Assembly (NCBI GenBank): GCA_001643675.2 | Contig: LSRY02000025.1 | Span: forward strand, 1,272,747-1,336,746 | DNA length: 64,000 bases | Source: Monocercomonoides exilis PA203 | Lineage: Eukaryota; Protista; Preaxostyla | Direction of reading: 5' to 3' | Shown: positions 24,833 through 36,870 of the stretch, piece after piece | How positions within the stretch are numbered: the first letter of the stretch is position 1 | Layout of the letters: each line of letters starts with the position of its first letter | Program-made: the position numbers and the translations under genes | The notes under the pieces: model-generated | The model's database searches: none | Told to the model about the DNA's origin: nothing | Seen by the model: only the letters and a program-made list of their open reading frames with translations

Positions 24833-26310
24833 CTAAAAAATTATGAAAATTTTATCATTATATTTAAGATCCAAAATAAAAATTTTTAAAACAAACATTT
24901 TCCGTTGTTTGTGAATTTTGTGCATATCAAAGTAACAAATGAACATCCTTTTTCTTTTAATTCAGAAATTTTGTCTGAAAAAGCTTTTTGCTTTGCATGA
25001 ATACATGAATATTAAAAATTTTAAAGAATTCAAAAGATAATCAATGTTTAACAAACTATTTGTGGAATAGATAAGCAGCTTCTTAATTCAGCTGGTAATT
25101 CAAAAATGAAACCATCATCCATTTCGGACATTTATTATCGACACAACACGACAGATCTTGAGATCCGAATGATCCAGACAGATCTGAACAGATCTTTGTC
25201 GAATTGATCTGTCGAAAACCCATTAAATACATCTTTATTAATATTTTAAATAAAAATAAAAATGAATAATTCTTAACAAAATATTTGAAACTAAATACAA
25301 CAAATTAATGAAAAATAATTTACTAATAGTGAATGAAAAAAAAATATCTTATCAATAAAAAAATGAATTTCTTGTCGGTCGACTTGTCGAAACCATTTTT
25401 ATAAGTCGGCTTGTCGCAAAGGCCTAATGAGAATGAATATTTATTGATGATTGCAAATTTTGAAGAGCAATCTTCAAACAATCGGTTGCAAATCTGCAAT
25501 CTTTGGACAGAATTTCGGAAAGGAAGTGGAAGCAAGTCTTCGATTTTCCATTCTTCTTGAAATGATGAATAATTACGCAGAGGTGTGATATTTCTTTTTT
25601 TGTGTAATAATCTCTGCTTTCTTGAGTTTGTTTGATAGGCAAAGTCCAATTTTGCTTAAAATCCAATAAAGCCAAAAACTCATTCTCTTGAAGATTCTCG
25701 ACTTCTTCATTAAACTTCTTGCGCTGAAACTTTTGAATAGTGAAATGAACATTAAGTGTTTCTATTTCTTGCAATTCTGATGTTGTTAAAATTTTTGTTT
25801 TTTCTTTTCTTTCCAAAAATTCTTTTCTAACACACAGATTACACATATCGGTTCTTCTTTTAGCCTTTTCGATGTTAACTGCCAATCTGTAGAATAATGA
25901 TCTACAAATTTTAACATCAATTTCATATTTCATTCTTCTGAATAATTCATCTTTTGAACCAAAGAATATCCTCTTTTCTCCTTTAAACCATTTACAGAGA
26001 CTTTCATCGGTATTCTTAAAAGAATTGTTTGTCCACATTTCTTTTTCAAATAATTCTCTATTTTCTTGAACAACTTTCTCTCTTTTAAATAATCAATTCA
26101 TATAAATGAATCAGGAAATAAAAAAACTTGTTTAATTTATGTTTTAATATTTTAGAAAACAAACTTCTCAGATAACTCGGAAATGCGATCGTTGGAATTC
26201 GTTAAATATATATCATTAAAAGACGAATCATCAATCGCATAACTAAAAAAACGTGATGACAAAGCAGGTTCATTTACAATTTCATCATTATGCCTGTCGT
26301 AAGAAAAAGG

Positions 26311-27380
26311 TAAAGCAGAAGAAGGCGGAGATGCTGCGCTGCATGTAGGAGTGAGCTGAAGCGAAGGAAATGGAGCAGAAGAAGGCTGCGAAGACGAGGT
26401 GCCTGCAGGATTGAGCTGAAGCGAAGGAAATGGAGCAGAAGAAGGAGGCGTTGATGGGATGCCTGCAGGATTGAGCTGAAGCGAAGGAAATGGAGCAGAA
26501 GAAGGCTGCGAAGACGTGGTGCTCATTGGATAGCGAGAAAATGAGGGAAACGGAGCAGAAGAAGGCTGCGAAGACGTGGAGCCTGCAGGATTGAGCTGAA
26601 GCGAAGAAAACGAAGCAGAAGAAGGCGGAGATGCTTCGATGCTTGTTGGAGTGAGCTGAAGCGAAGGAAATGGAGCAGAAGAAGGCTGCGAAGACGAGGT
26701 GCCTGCAGGATTGAGCTGAAGCGAAGATAACGAAGCAGAAGAAGGAGGCGTTGATGGGATGCTTGTTGGAGTCAGCAGAAGCGAAGGAAATGGAGCAGAA
26801 GAAGGCTGCGAAGACGAGGTGCCTGCAGGATTGAGCTGAAGCGAAGGAAATGGAGCAGAAGAAGGAGGCGTTGATGGGATGCCTGCAGGATTGAGCTGAA
26901 GCGAAGGAAATGGAGCAGAAGAAGGCTGCGAAGACGTGGTGCTCATTGGATAGCGAGAAAATGAGGGAAACGGAGCAGAAGAAGGCTGCGAAGACGTGGA
27001 GCCTGCAGGATTGAGCTGAAGCGAAGAAAACGAAGCAGAAGAAGGCGGAGATGCTTCGATGCTTGTTGGAGTGAGCTGAAGCGAAGGAAATGGAGCAGAA
27101 GAAGGCTGCGAAGACGTGGAGCCTGCAGGATTGAGCTGAAGCGAAGATAACGAAGCAGAAGAAGGAGGCGTTGATGGGATGCTTGTTGGAGTTAGCAGAA
27201 GCGAAGGAAATGGAGCAGAAGAAGGCTGCGAAGACGTGGTGCTCATTGGATGGCGAGAAAATGAGGGAAACGGAGCAGAAGAAGGCTGCGAAGACGTGGA
27301 GCCTGCAGGATTGAGCTGAAGCGAAGAAAACGAAGCAGAAGAAGGCGGAGATGCTTCGATGCTTGTTGGAGTGAGCTGAA
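26311..27380 (-). repeat. Coding 60-bp minisatellite (~18 units, 20-aa S/P/T-rich) with a 420-bp higher-order repeat, in exon 3 of the Sola2-like transposase
   Basis: 26401-26820 is nearly identical to 26821-27240; peptide unit resembles SSQPSSAPFPSLQLNPAGTS. Confidence 0.95.
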
Positions 27381-28477
27381 AATGAGAAAATGGTGATGTT
27401 AATGTTTGAGAATGTGCAGAGCAGAATGGTTTGTGATTGAAAGGATGAATAAGATCTGAACTATGTATGTGATTGTTTTCTTTTGTTGTATTTTCTTGAT
27501 ATCTGGATGTTTTTTGAATACATGAATGATTATTTGTAATTTCATTAAAACTATCCTGATGAAAATAATGTTGATCTTGATGAATAAGACAGTTTTGTTT
27601 TGTGTGCTCAGATATATTCTTTTTTTTGATAAGTTTGAACTTTGAAACAAAGTGCATATTTGAAAGAGCTTGAATATCTTCAAAATTGAATAAAATTGGT
27701 GATGACTGTAGATCATTTGTTGATGAATGATGATTTGAGTTTAAGAATTCAAAGTCATCATCTGATAAATCTTTAAAAATTCTTGTTTCTTGAATGTTTT
27801 GAACTTTGCAACTTTCACTTGTGTTCTTCCTTAACCACCATTCACATAAATAAAAATCATATAAACTCAATGCTTATGTTTCAATATAGCTTTGAATGAG
27901 AAATGAAAAAAAAAACGAACGTTTTTTACTGTTGGGAATCTTCGGTTTGCATGCAGCAGTTATTTCCAAATTGTGCCTTTTCAACATTCTCTCAGCGTGT
28001 AAAATGTTATTCGCTGTACAATTCCAGCCAGCTTTTATAAGTTCAGTTGAAGAAAATGATCTCAAAAATGTTTGTAACAAGAGTATTTTATTCTTTTTGT
28101 CTAAGATATCGTACAATGAACCAGCGTAAATTAGAATGTTTTCCATTTTATCTATTCAATCAAAAGAAGAGAAAACAAAAAATGAAACTCAATAAAAAAA
28201 CATTGATATAACCATTTAGTTTATTGTTAAGCAATTCAAGAATTTCTTTTCCTTTTTTTGAATGGTACAAAAAGAAAAGAAGAAAAGATGTTTCCTCATT
28301 CTTTGAATGATGTTGAAGAAATTCAAAAAGTTTTTTACATAGTTGAGACTTTCTGCTTTCAGACAAATCTGAAAACGTCATCTTTCTAAAAATAAAATTA
28401 TCGTGGGATAATTTTTTTTGATCTTTTATGGGATCACAATTAAAGTTTTCCGACTTTTCAAAAAGATTATGCCATAT

Positions 28478-31400
28478 TCTATTTTTTTAATCAAAAATTT
28501 TCAAAAAGATGAATTTTTTATAATTTTGCTCCTAAAAGAGCATTATCGATTTTTACTGAAAAAGAACAAAAGAAGAGTTAAAAAAATATGTGCATGCTTG
28601 TTTGTTAATGTGTTTTCAAATATCTTTATTCGTTTTTTGGATTTGAAGTATTCAGCAATAAATATCACATTTTTCTTTGTTAGATCGTGCCCATAAATAT
28701 GTGAAAAACAAATAGAAAGTTCTTCAGCTTCGTCGAAAGGGGTTTGTTGAAGTTATTTCTTATGCTTTTTAATCAAAAATCGCTCTTCTTATTAATGTAC
28801 ATTGAAAATTTCATAGTTCCATGTATTTATTAATGAGCTGTTATTGCATTTATTAAACACAAAATATTCAATGTCAATCGGATAATATCACTGTGATAAT
28901 AGTACTATTTAATTAAAGAATTTTATTTCATTGTTATGTATTATTTGGGTGATTTTTTTTGATATCATAAAAAAAGATCAAAAATTGAAAAAATAAAATC
29001 TATAGTGGTATTTATTGATCAAAGAGTTAAATTGATTTTTGCAGATATTCAGCTTAAATATCTGTAATATATGTTTGTTTTATTTTAATATGCAAAAATT
29101 CATACCTCTTTTATGATTTAAGTGTGAAAGGTTCTTTGATCAAGTTAATTAAAAATAAACTTTAAACAAATAAATAAAACTTCAAAAGGAAATGATAAGT
29201 TTCATGACTTGCAAAACAAAACTCATTAAGTGGAATTTTATTTATACAACAATGTTGATGGATATTAACGTTCAAAATAACATTGCTTCAAATAACATGC
29301 ATTGAGTTTTGCTTTCATTGAGGGAAAACTTCATCACCAATTTCCTGCTGCAGCTGAGCAGTTCAACGACTTATTATAATAACGAAATGAATGGAGTTAA
29401 AACAACAATTGATGATCACAATAGAGTCTATCTCACTTTTCTCTTCAAATTCTTTTTATGAAATGATTTTCTAGTTTTCTTCTCCATCCGCTGTCCATCT
29501 TTCTTCTGTTTCTGCTCCACTTCATCAAAATCCCCCATTTGAAAATGCTGCCCATGTTGTGCACTTTCATTCATATTGTTTTCGTTATTTATCTTTCATA
29601 ACACTGCTTCATTGCTTCTCTCTCTGAAAAACTATTAAAGCTTTTTCTGCGAATTTGTGTCATTCATTTACTTAATTTTCTTATCCTCTCAGCCATTTCC
29701 CTCTTCCTCGATCACACATTCATCACCAGTCTCACTTTCAACAACCTCACAATATTCCATCTCATATCTCTCGCAAACCCCTTCTCTTTCTATTCCTTTA
29801 ACAGTTCCAAGAGTTCCATGAGCAGAGTAAATTTGGAACACAGAAACCAGCAAACTTCCGTTGGCCACATGTTTTCCTTGACATAAAAATCAGCAAATTC
29901 AGAATCATTGAAGAGGTGAACAAAGAACGAAGAACGAAGAAGAAGAAGAGGAGGAGGAGGAGGAAGAGTGAGAAGGAGAAGGAGAAGGAGAAGGAAGAAA
30001 AAGCATATTTTGCCATTAGATATGATCGAAATATCGTTGGTTATAAATTTCACTGCATATGATAAACACATTGACAAGTGAAGATACAGAAAGAGTGGTA
30101 ACCAGGAAGATCTTTCAATTATTGTACTAACAGAAACATCGTATTCCTCAATTTTCTCACAAAATGTGCGGATTAATCAGATTTTTTATATATCTTCACT
30201 CGCCTCTTTCGGGATATTCTTATTAAACAAAGGAAAATACAAGTTATTCTCGAACTTTAATAGATGCTCTTCTTCCACTTCTTCTGACTCTTCTTCTTCA
30301 TTCTTCATTTTTTCTTTTTTCAACTGGAGCAGGGTGCCTGTCGGCTTCGCCATTCAGTGGGAGAAGAAGCGAATAGAAGAAGGAAACAGGAGGTGATAAG
30401 CCATTTTCATCTTCATCTTCATCAATAGCATCTGCGATTGATCCCACAGATGCATCTGTCTTGGAAGCATCATACGCGTCGGCAGCAGAAATGGAAGAAA
30501 TAGAAAGGTGGCTGAGGTGAATATGAGTCGCATGCCACTGTGTATACTGTTGCTGCTTGTGCTGTCGCAACGTGAATTTGTTGAAGTCATATGAAATATG
30601 CTGAGTGGGGTTGTTGGACATCCCTGTAATGTGGTGCTTTGGAGATGCTTTCTGTTTTGTGGGTGGAGCAGATTCTTTTGTTTGCTACTTCGATGTGAAC
30701 GAAATCGGAGAGCAAATATCTGTTCTGCAGTGAATGTGAATGTGTTCTTGAAGGTTATAATCTGTTTGCCTCTTCGTTGCTTCTATCTGCGATAGTGTTG
30801 ATGGATTTTTTTATCACTGCAGTCGATGCGTTTTGTAACGAAGATGGACAATGATGTGATTGGGCGAAGGATGACGGAATGTTATGAGAGGAAGAAGTTA
30901 GGGAGAAGGTGATGGAGAAGGAGGGGTTGAGGATGGAGGACGTGATTCTGAGACCAGCAGTGATCACTCCGGTAGTTCTTGAGGAGCGATAAGAGGCAGT
31001 ATGGGATAAGGAGGGAGAAGAAGAAGAACTGAATGAAGATAATGATGTGGAAGTTGAAGGAGAAGAAAAAGTGGGAAATGAAAAAGAAGTGAATAAAGAT
31101 GATGGTTGGAAAATGAAAATTTTAACAAAGTTAATGGTGTTTCGATAATTTGCTGCTGAATCCTTCTTCGATTTTTGATTTCAGGTGGAAATCAAAACAA
31201 GTTGTGGTTAGAATTGTCATTGATTTATTCTTCGTCTCCACTCCTTTCATCTTCTCTTTTGAGAAACATTCTTTCAAGGTCTTTCTTATTTCTCTGTCAA
31301 ATACCTCTTTCTCCCTACTCCTCCTTTTCATCTACCCAAATCCCCAGCATGCCACGAATGCTGCACAGTTCAGCACCATCTTCAGCTGCTCAAGCACATC

Positions 31401-34400
31401 CCTCGTTGCTGACGTTATGCTGCTTACAAACACGCCTTCATTGCCCAATCTGCTTTTCCCAAGAATCGCACATGTAATGGCGGTGAGAAGGAAGAAATGG
31501 AAAAAGAAGGAGATAAAGAATGATATGACATGTTCGATGTGCAGAAGGACTTCTGTGTCAGCGAAGAGGAGTCCGCAGAGAGAGACGATGGAGTGAATGG
31601 CTTTGGTTGAGTACCAATAAGAACAGAAGTGGCAGAAAATTGTGAGTGTGGCAAGGGAGAAAAAGGAAGAGAAGCAAATGTTGAGGGGGATGTGATGTTT
31701 TGAGTGTGCAGCTGGGAAGATGAGAGTGCACTGTCGAATAAGCAAAACCACTGCTGCAGTTCATCATTGTCATCATCATCACCTCCACTCTTCTCTCCTC
31801 CTTCTTTCCGTTGTGCCTGTGCAAGCCTTGTGTCGAAAGAGTCAACTTGTGATGGGCAAAACTCGTCTTTCTCCTTCGTCTTCGTCTTCGTCTTTGGCTC
31901 CTCCTACTATATCTCTTTCCTCTGCTCTGCGCTGAATTTGCTTCTGATATCCGCCTTCTTTGCCTTTTCCATTTGAACACGCTGTCCTCTCTTCGTTCCT
32001 TGCTAGTATCACAAAGAAAGAGCATGAGTGCGACGTATCTAGCAGCTCCTTCCCCCTTCCGCTTGCATTTCTCGTTCGATACCCATTCATCTCATTCTGA
32101 ACATCCAGCACACGGATGTCGTTCGAAATGCTGAAACAGAGTGGGGTGTGCGGCTGCAGAAGAGGAAAGCAGTTTATATGCGCATCCAGCGAAGCTGCAG
32201 AAGGCTTCGACAGCGATGATGTTGCTATTGCGAGGATGAAAAGAGAATGATATAATTAATGGCGAGCTTTATCAAGCTGCTGATTGAACAGCAAATATTC
32301 ATTCGAAGGAAAATGGAATGATCCAATACGAAGTGGTTGGAAATATCATTGAAAAAGAGAAGGAATGTGAATACTTGCAGTTACAGAGAAATCCATTTAT
32401 TGTCTTTATAAATTTTCGAAGAAGATGCTGATATGGTTTCATATGATTTCATTGATTGGACAATATATTGTGTCTGTTGAGAAAACTTCGAAGGAGCAGC
32501 TAGTTGTAATCAAAATATTATTATCAGGCAGATTCAAGATTTTCAATAAAATCGGATATCCCCGAATCTTTAGTAGCTTTTGAGTGATTCTCTTACAATT
32601 CTTGCCACAAACAGAAAATGATTCTTGCCTGTTTGGACGAAAAATATCAGTGTTCAAAACATCTGATGAGATTAATAGGAAAAAATGAAAAGAAGGTCAA
32701 GAAGAACACGAAGACGAAGGCGAAGAATAAGAATAATAATAATAAGCAATGTTTGACTGAAGAAGATTTCGTGCGTTTTTGGATACGCGGTTCACAACAG
32801 GCGTGCTTGTCGCTGAATAAACAGGTGAATTGTGAGAAGGCGAATTTTGTGTTTGTAAACCGAAAAATGAGGATGATGATCGATTGAATGAAGGAGGATT
32901 AACTGAAGAAGAAGAAGATGAAGAAGAAGAAGACGAAGAAGAAGATGCAGTTGAGAAATGTTCAATCAGTCAAATAACATTTCTGAAATAAATGACAAGA
33001 GCGCTTTGCGTGATGTTGTTGATTGGCCAAAACGGCTCGCTTGCTGTATAAACTTCAGATTTGTTTGTAAAATTCAATCACAATATTTGTGACGAATAAA
33101 TTGTGGAAATCAACATTGCATATTTTTCCAAAGGCAATTCACTTTCTTTTTGCAATTTCCCCTCCTTTCCCCTCAAAATTAGAAAATGTTGATTTTTCTC
33201 AATTTCAATTCCCTTCTTCCATTCAACCCCCAAAATCATCAGAAAATATAAATCCCTCCTTTTCTTCATCTTTCCCATTCTCTTCCAAAATATCTTCTCC
33301 TCTCATAAAAAATACCCCTCTTCCATTTGAACACTTCAGAATATTCATCTTCTTTCCCGCTTTTACCCTCTTTTCTTTCTTTTCAAAATCCATATCTCCC
33401 ATCAACAATAAACGCTTCTTTACCATCTTCCTCCACTTCTCAACATATTTTCCACATTTTCTTCTCCAAATCTCTGCCTGTTCCTTCCCCATCACTCTGT
33501 CTCGGATTTTCTTCCATTCTAATATCATTCTTGAAGCATTAACATTCTCAAAAATACTCAACTCCAACTCTCTGCCACAAATAATACTCTTCCATCACTT
33601 GTCGGAACCATATCCTTCCTGAACATGTTGTTGATGAGATAAACGAGATATACAATTTTGAATGTTTGAGAATATTATTAAAGGAGAAGATCATGGCCGA
33701 AAAGAAAAAATACCTCTGCACATCTACTGCAACGTGTGCGGGCTGAGAAGACCCTCCAGTGAGATACATTATATATTTTGTGGAGATTCTTTCATTGTTG
33801 CATTCAACCATTCTGATCCTGAAATGAAGAGATTGATTTTTTGTATGATGATAGCTGTGGAGATGAGGCTGTTGATACAATCCAGATGAAGAGCAGTTTG
33901 GTATTTATTTGTTTTTCTTTATATGAACATTTATCTGTTGAATGTTTTTGTGTTGTTTTCAGGGCAGGAAGTGGAAAAGAATGAAAATGAATGAAAGCGG
34001 AATATTTCGTTGTTCAGGGTAAGTATCAAGTTGAGAGAGCACAATCATATGAAAAGTACCCTGGATGAAGGGATTCGAATGAAATTGGAGATGATTTATT
34101 CTGATGAAAAACAAGCTGTTTTGAATCGAAAAAGATGGAATTCGAGCAGAAATCAAAAGTTAAGCATTTTTTTAGAAGAGCAAGAAATCGATGCTTTTGA
34201 TGGAGAAATGACTTCTGGAAAGGATGGACGATGAATCAGAGGATGAAACGCTAGAAAATTGATTGTTTTCATTTTCACTTTATCAATTTCAACTTATCTT
34301 TTTCCATTTCTTTTCCAATTGCATTATTTAACTAATTTTCGTGTATTAAATTTATTTATTTCGTTATCTCAATTATTGTGATCATGTTTATTAATTCAGA

Positions 34401-36107
34401 AAACTTAAGTTATGTTTTGTTTGTCATATTTTCAAAATTTCCAAATGCTTTTTTATGTTTTTTTCAAATTTTGAAATAAAAACAATTAAAATCAAATTAA
34501 AAGCAACAAATAATTAATAACAATAATATTAAAAAACTTTATTTTCATGTAATTTCAAATTAAATTTTTCTTTTCAACCCAATTCTTTAAGAAATAATTT
34601 TTTGATCAAACGTCGGAAATTTTTATGATATCAAAAAAAATCACCCATTTATTATATATTCTATTTGTTATAATATGTTTCTTTTGTGTCCCATTTGCAA
34701 AAGTTATATTTTGCGAATATATTAATTGTTTGCTGTTAGCAGCATTTTAATCTTTATAACATCTTAACTGTTGATCATTGATAATATTTAGAGAGCAAAT
34801 ATTTGCATGTTGATTTTGAAAACTTTGATTTTTTATATTGGAATGAAACTATTTTATTGATTTATTATGTTTCTGTGGAATTGCTAAAACTTACAAATGA
34901 TTGAAAAGTTGCAGTTTTCTTGATTATTTGCAATATCATCGAAAGTTTATGTTCCATTTTTGTACATTATGCTTGTATTTTTAAACTCTATTCAATTTTG
35001 TTTTTGATTCAAATTTCACTATTTCAACAAAAATCGAACTGTAATAGCTCATTGGTAATAAAAGGCTTATGATATAATTATTGTGCCCAATATCAAAGTG
35101 TATTGATAATGAAAAAATCATGAAAAAGCATGTTTAAATGGAATTTTGACGTTGATTGTTTCAATGAAGCGTTAAAATGGATATTGCAGATTTTTTTCAA
35201 TTTCAATAAATAATATTACCGAGTGAATTGTTTAAAAAACTTTTAGAATTGTTTTTTGCTGTTTTAATGATGAAAACAAATCTTAAAAATATTGAAATCA
35301 CATTAATATCTAGAATGAGTTTGAAAATTTGCATAAAGTGCAACTTGGAAAAAAAACTATTTGTAAAGTCCAACAATAAATAAATAGTAACTTTTTTATT
35401 GTTAACAACGAAAACAGTTTCGAACAACAGTTTAATTAAGAAAATTACAAATCTAAAAAATAGAACTTTTCTAACTGAATTGAAAAAATTGATTCAAGAA
35501 AACGAAACTTGTAAAAAGTTTTAATTCATTTAACATTAATATGTTCGATGAGAATCAGCAAATAATAGATTCATCAACTAAAATCAATTAATTTATATTG
35601 AGTAAATAAATTTGTGAATAAAAAAACAGTCGAATATAATCAACAAATAATTGAAGAAATAATATACTGATAATTAAATCAAAAAATTATCAAAGCACTA
35701 TTTCATTAATGAAACGAAAAAATTCAACATAAATAAATATAAATAAAACTTGACATATTTTAACAGAACTATGAAATTTTCAATGTACATTAATAAGAAG
35801 AGCGATTTTTGATTAAAAAGCATAAGAAATAACTTCAACAAACCCCTTTCGACGAAGCTGAAGAACTTTCTATTTGTTTTTCACATATTTATGGGCACGA
35901 TCTAACAAAGAAAAATGTGATATTTATTGCTGAATACTTCAAATCCAAAAAACGAATAAAGATATTTGAAAACACATTAACAAACAAGCATGCACATATT
36001 TTTTTAACTCTTCTTTTGTTCTTTTTCAGTAAAAATCGATAATGCTCTTTTAGGAGCAAAATTATAAAAAATTCATCTTTTTGAAAATTTTTGATTAAAA
36101 AAATAGA
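28478..36107. mobile_element. 7.6-kb non-autonomous long-TIR element inserted inside the outer element's right TIR
   Basis: 28478-28819 is the reverse complement of 35766-36107 (342 bp). Flanked by duplicated ATAT (28474-28477 / 36108-36111). Removing it restores the outer TIR exactly. The interior holds broken gene fragments and no recognisable transposase. Confidence 0.8.
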
Positions 36108-36246
36108 ATATAGTATTTTTTGAAACCTGTTTCGAGCAATTTCATCATCAATGAACTTCTTTGAAAGGAAAAAATTGACTTTTAGATTTTCAAGAAATTT
36201 GCAGGGTGCGGGTTTGGCACCAGGGTGCGGGTTAAGCACCCATGGT
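36108..36246 (-). repeat. Outer portion of the right TIR of the outer element
   Basis: Reverse complement of 7061-7199. Confidence 0.9.
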
Positions 36247-36404
36247 ATATATTTTAATTAATTCATTATTTGGTTTTTTCACAGGGGACAAAATGTGGGA
36301 ATTTAGGTGTTTTAATAGAAAAATTTGCACTGGGAATCATTTGAATTTTGTCCAAAAACAACGAGAAAAAGAATCTTATAAAAAAATTCGAAGTTATTCA
36401 ATGA

Positions 36405-36561
<157 letters not shown>

Positions 36562-36619
36562 ATACGAAGAAATGGAATGCCCATAAACTGAGTTGACATT
36601 GATGTCAGTCGGAATGTTT

Positions 36620-36870
36620 GAAATATCAAAGTTTTCATTGAATAGTTCATTTTGAAAAATCATCTGGTTTTTACAAAAATCTCATATTTTGATCAAATTT
36701 TTGTTCCCACTCGCGAAACTTCACTTGAATGGAAACATGTCATTAGCAATGTTATTATTTCTTCTCCATTGAAATTTCATGTGTGGGAACAAAAATTTTA
36801 TAAAAATATAAGTTTTTAATTAAACCTGGAAGCTAAGTTAAATGAACTTCTCAAAAAATTTTGACATAGT
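36620..36870. repeat. Imperfect palindrome / MITE-like foldback
   Basis: ATTTTTGTTCCCAC (~36698) pairs with GTGGGAACAAAAAT (~36783), with degenerate outer arms. Confidence 0.5.

Larger units (their letters stand above)
16048..25426 (-). mobile_element. hAT DNA transposon, 9379 bp, carrying cargo
   Basis: Perfect 15-bp TIR TAGGCCTTTGCGACA (16048-16062 / 25412-25426). 8-bp TSD ATGAGAAT (16040-16047 / 25427-25434). Subterminal TGTCG/GTCGG repeats. Encodes an hAT transposase. Confidence 0.95.
15215..28381 (-). pseudogene. Sola2-like DDD transposase gene, interrupted by the hAT insertion. Predicted exons: 28381-28213, 28151-27921, 27872-26165, 26081-25427 joined to 16039-15215; ~1195 aa.
   Basis: The GT..AG introns join in frame. 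Motifs: RRTDMCNLC, LLDFKQNW..QESRDYY (D1), VWTDCGPHFRN (D2), FFGEGHGKSEVDGEFG (D3). Removing the hAT plus one TSD gives the in-frame sequence ...SINIHSHLKVWTDCGPHF... Confidence 0.8.
7061..36246 (-). mobile_element. Outer large DNA transposon (Sola2-like DDD transposase), ~29.2 kb with two nested insertions, ~12.2 kb once these are removed
   Basis: 7061-7199 is the reverse complement of 36108-36246. The remaining TIR portion (7196-7218) matches 28455-28477. Both ends are flanked by TA repeats. The transposase ATG (28381) lies ~75 bp inside the reconstructed right TIR. Confidence 0.85.

Noticed and set aside
26311-27380. Possible CRISPR-like array
   Set aside because: Contiguous 60-bp coding units with no unique spacers, in a eukaryotic context
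33550-34240. Possible reverse transcriptase or transposase remnant in the 7.6-kb element (for example FLYDD)
   Set aside because: No consistent series of motifs in any frame; a translated profile search would be needed
35889-36239. ORF sharing peptides with 7005-7250 and 28418-28696
   Set aside because: These are translations of non-coding TIRs; the shared peptides only reflect the inverted repeats
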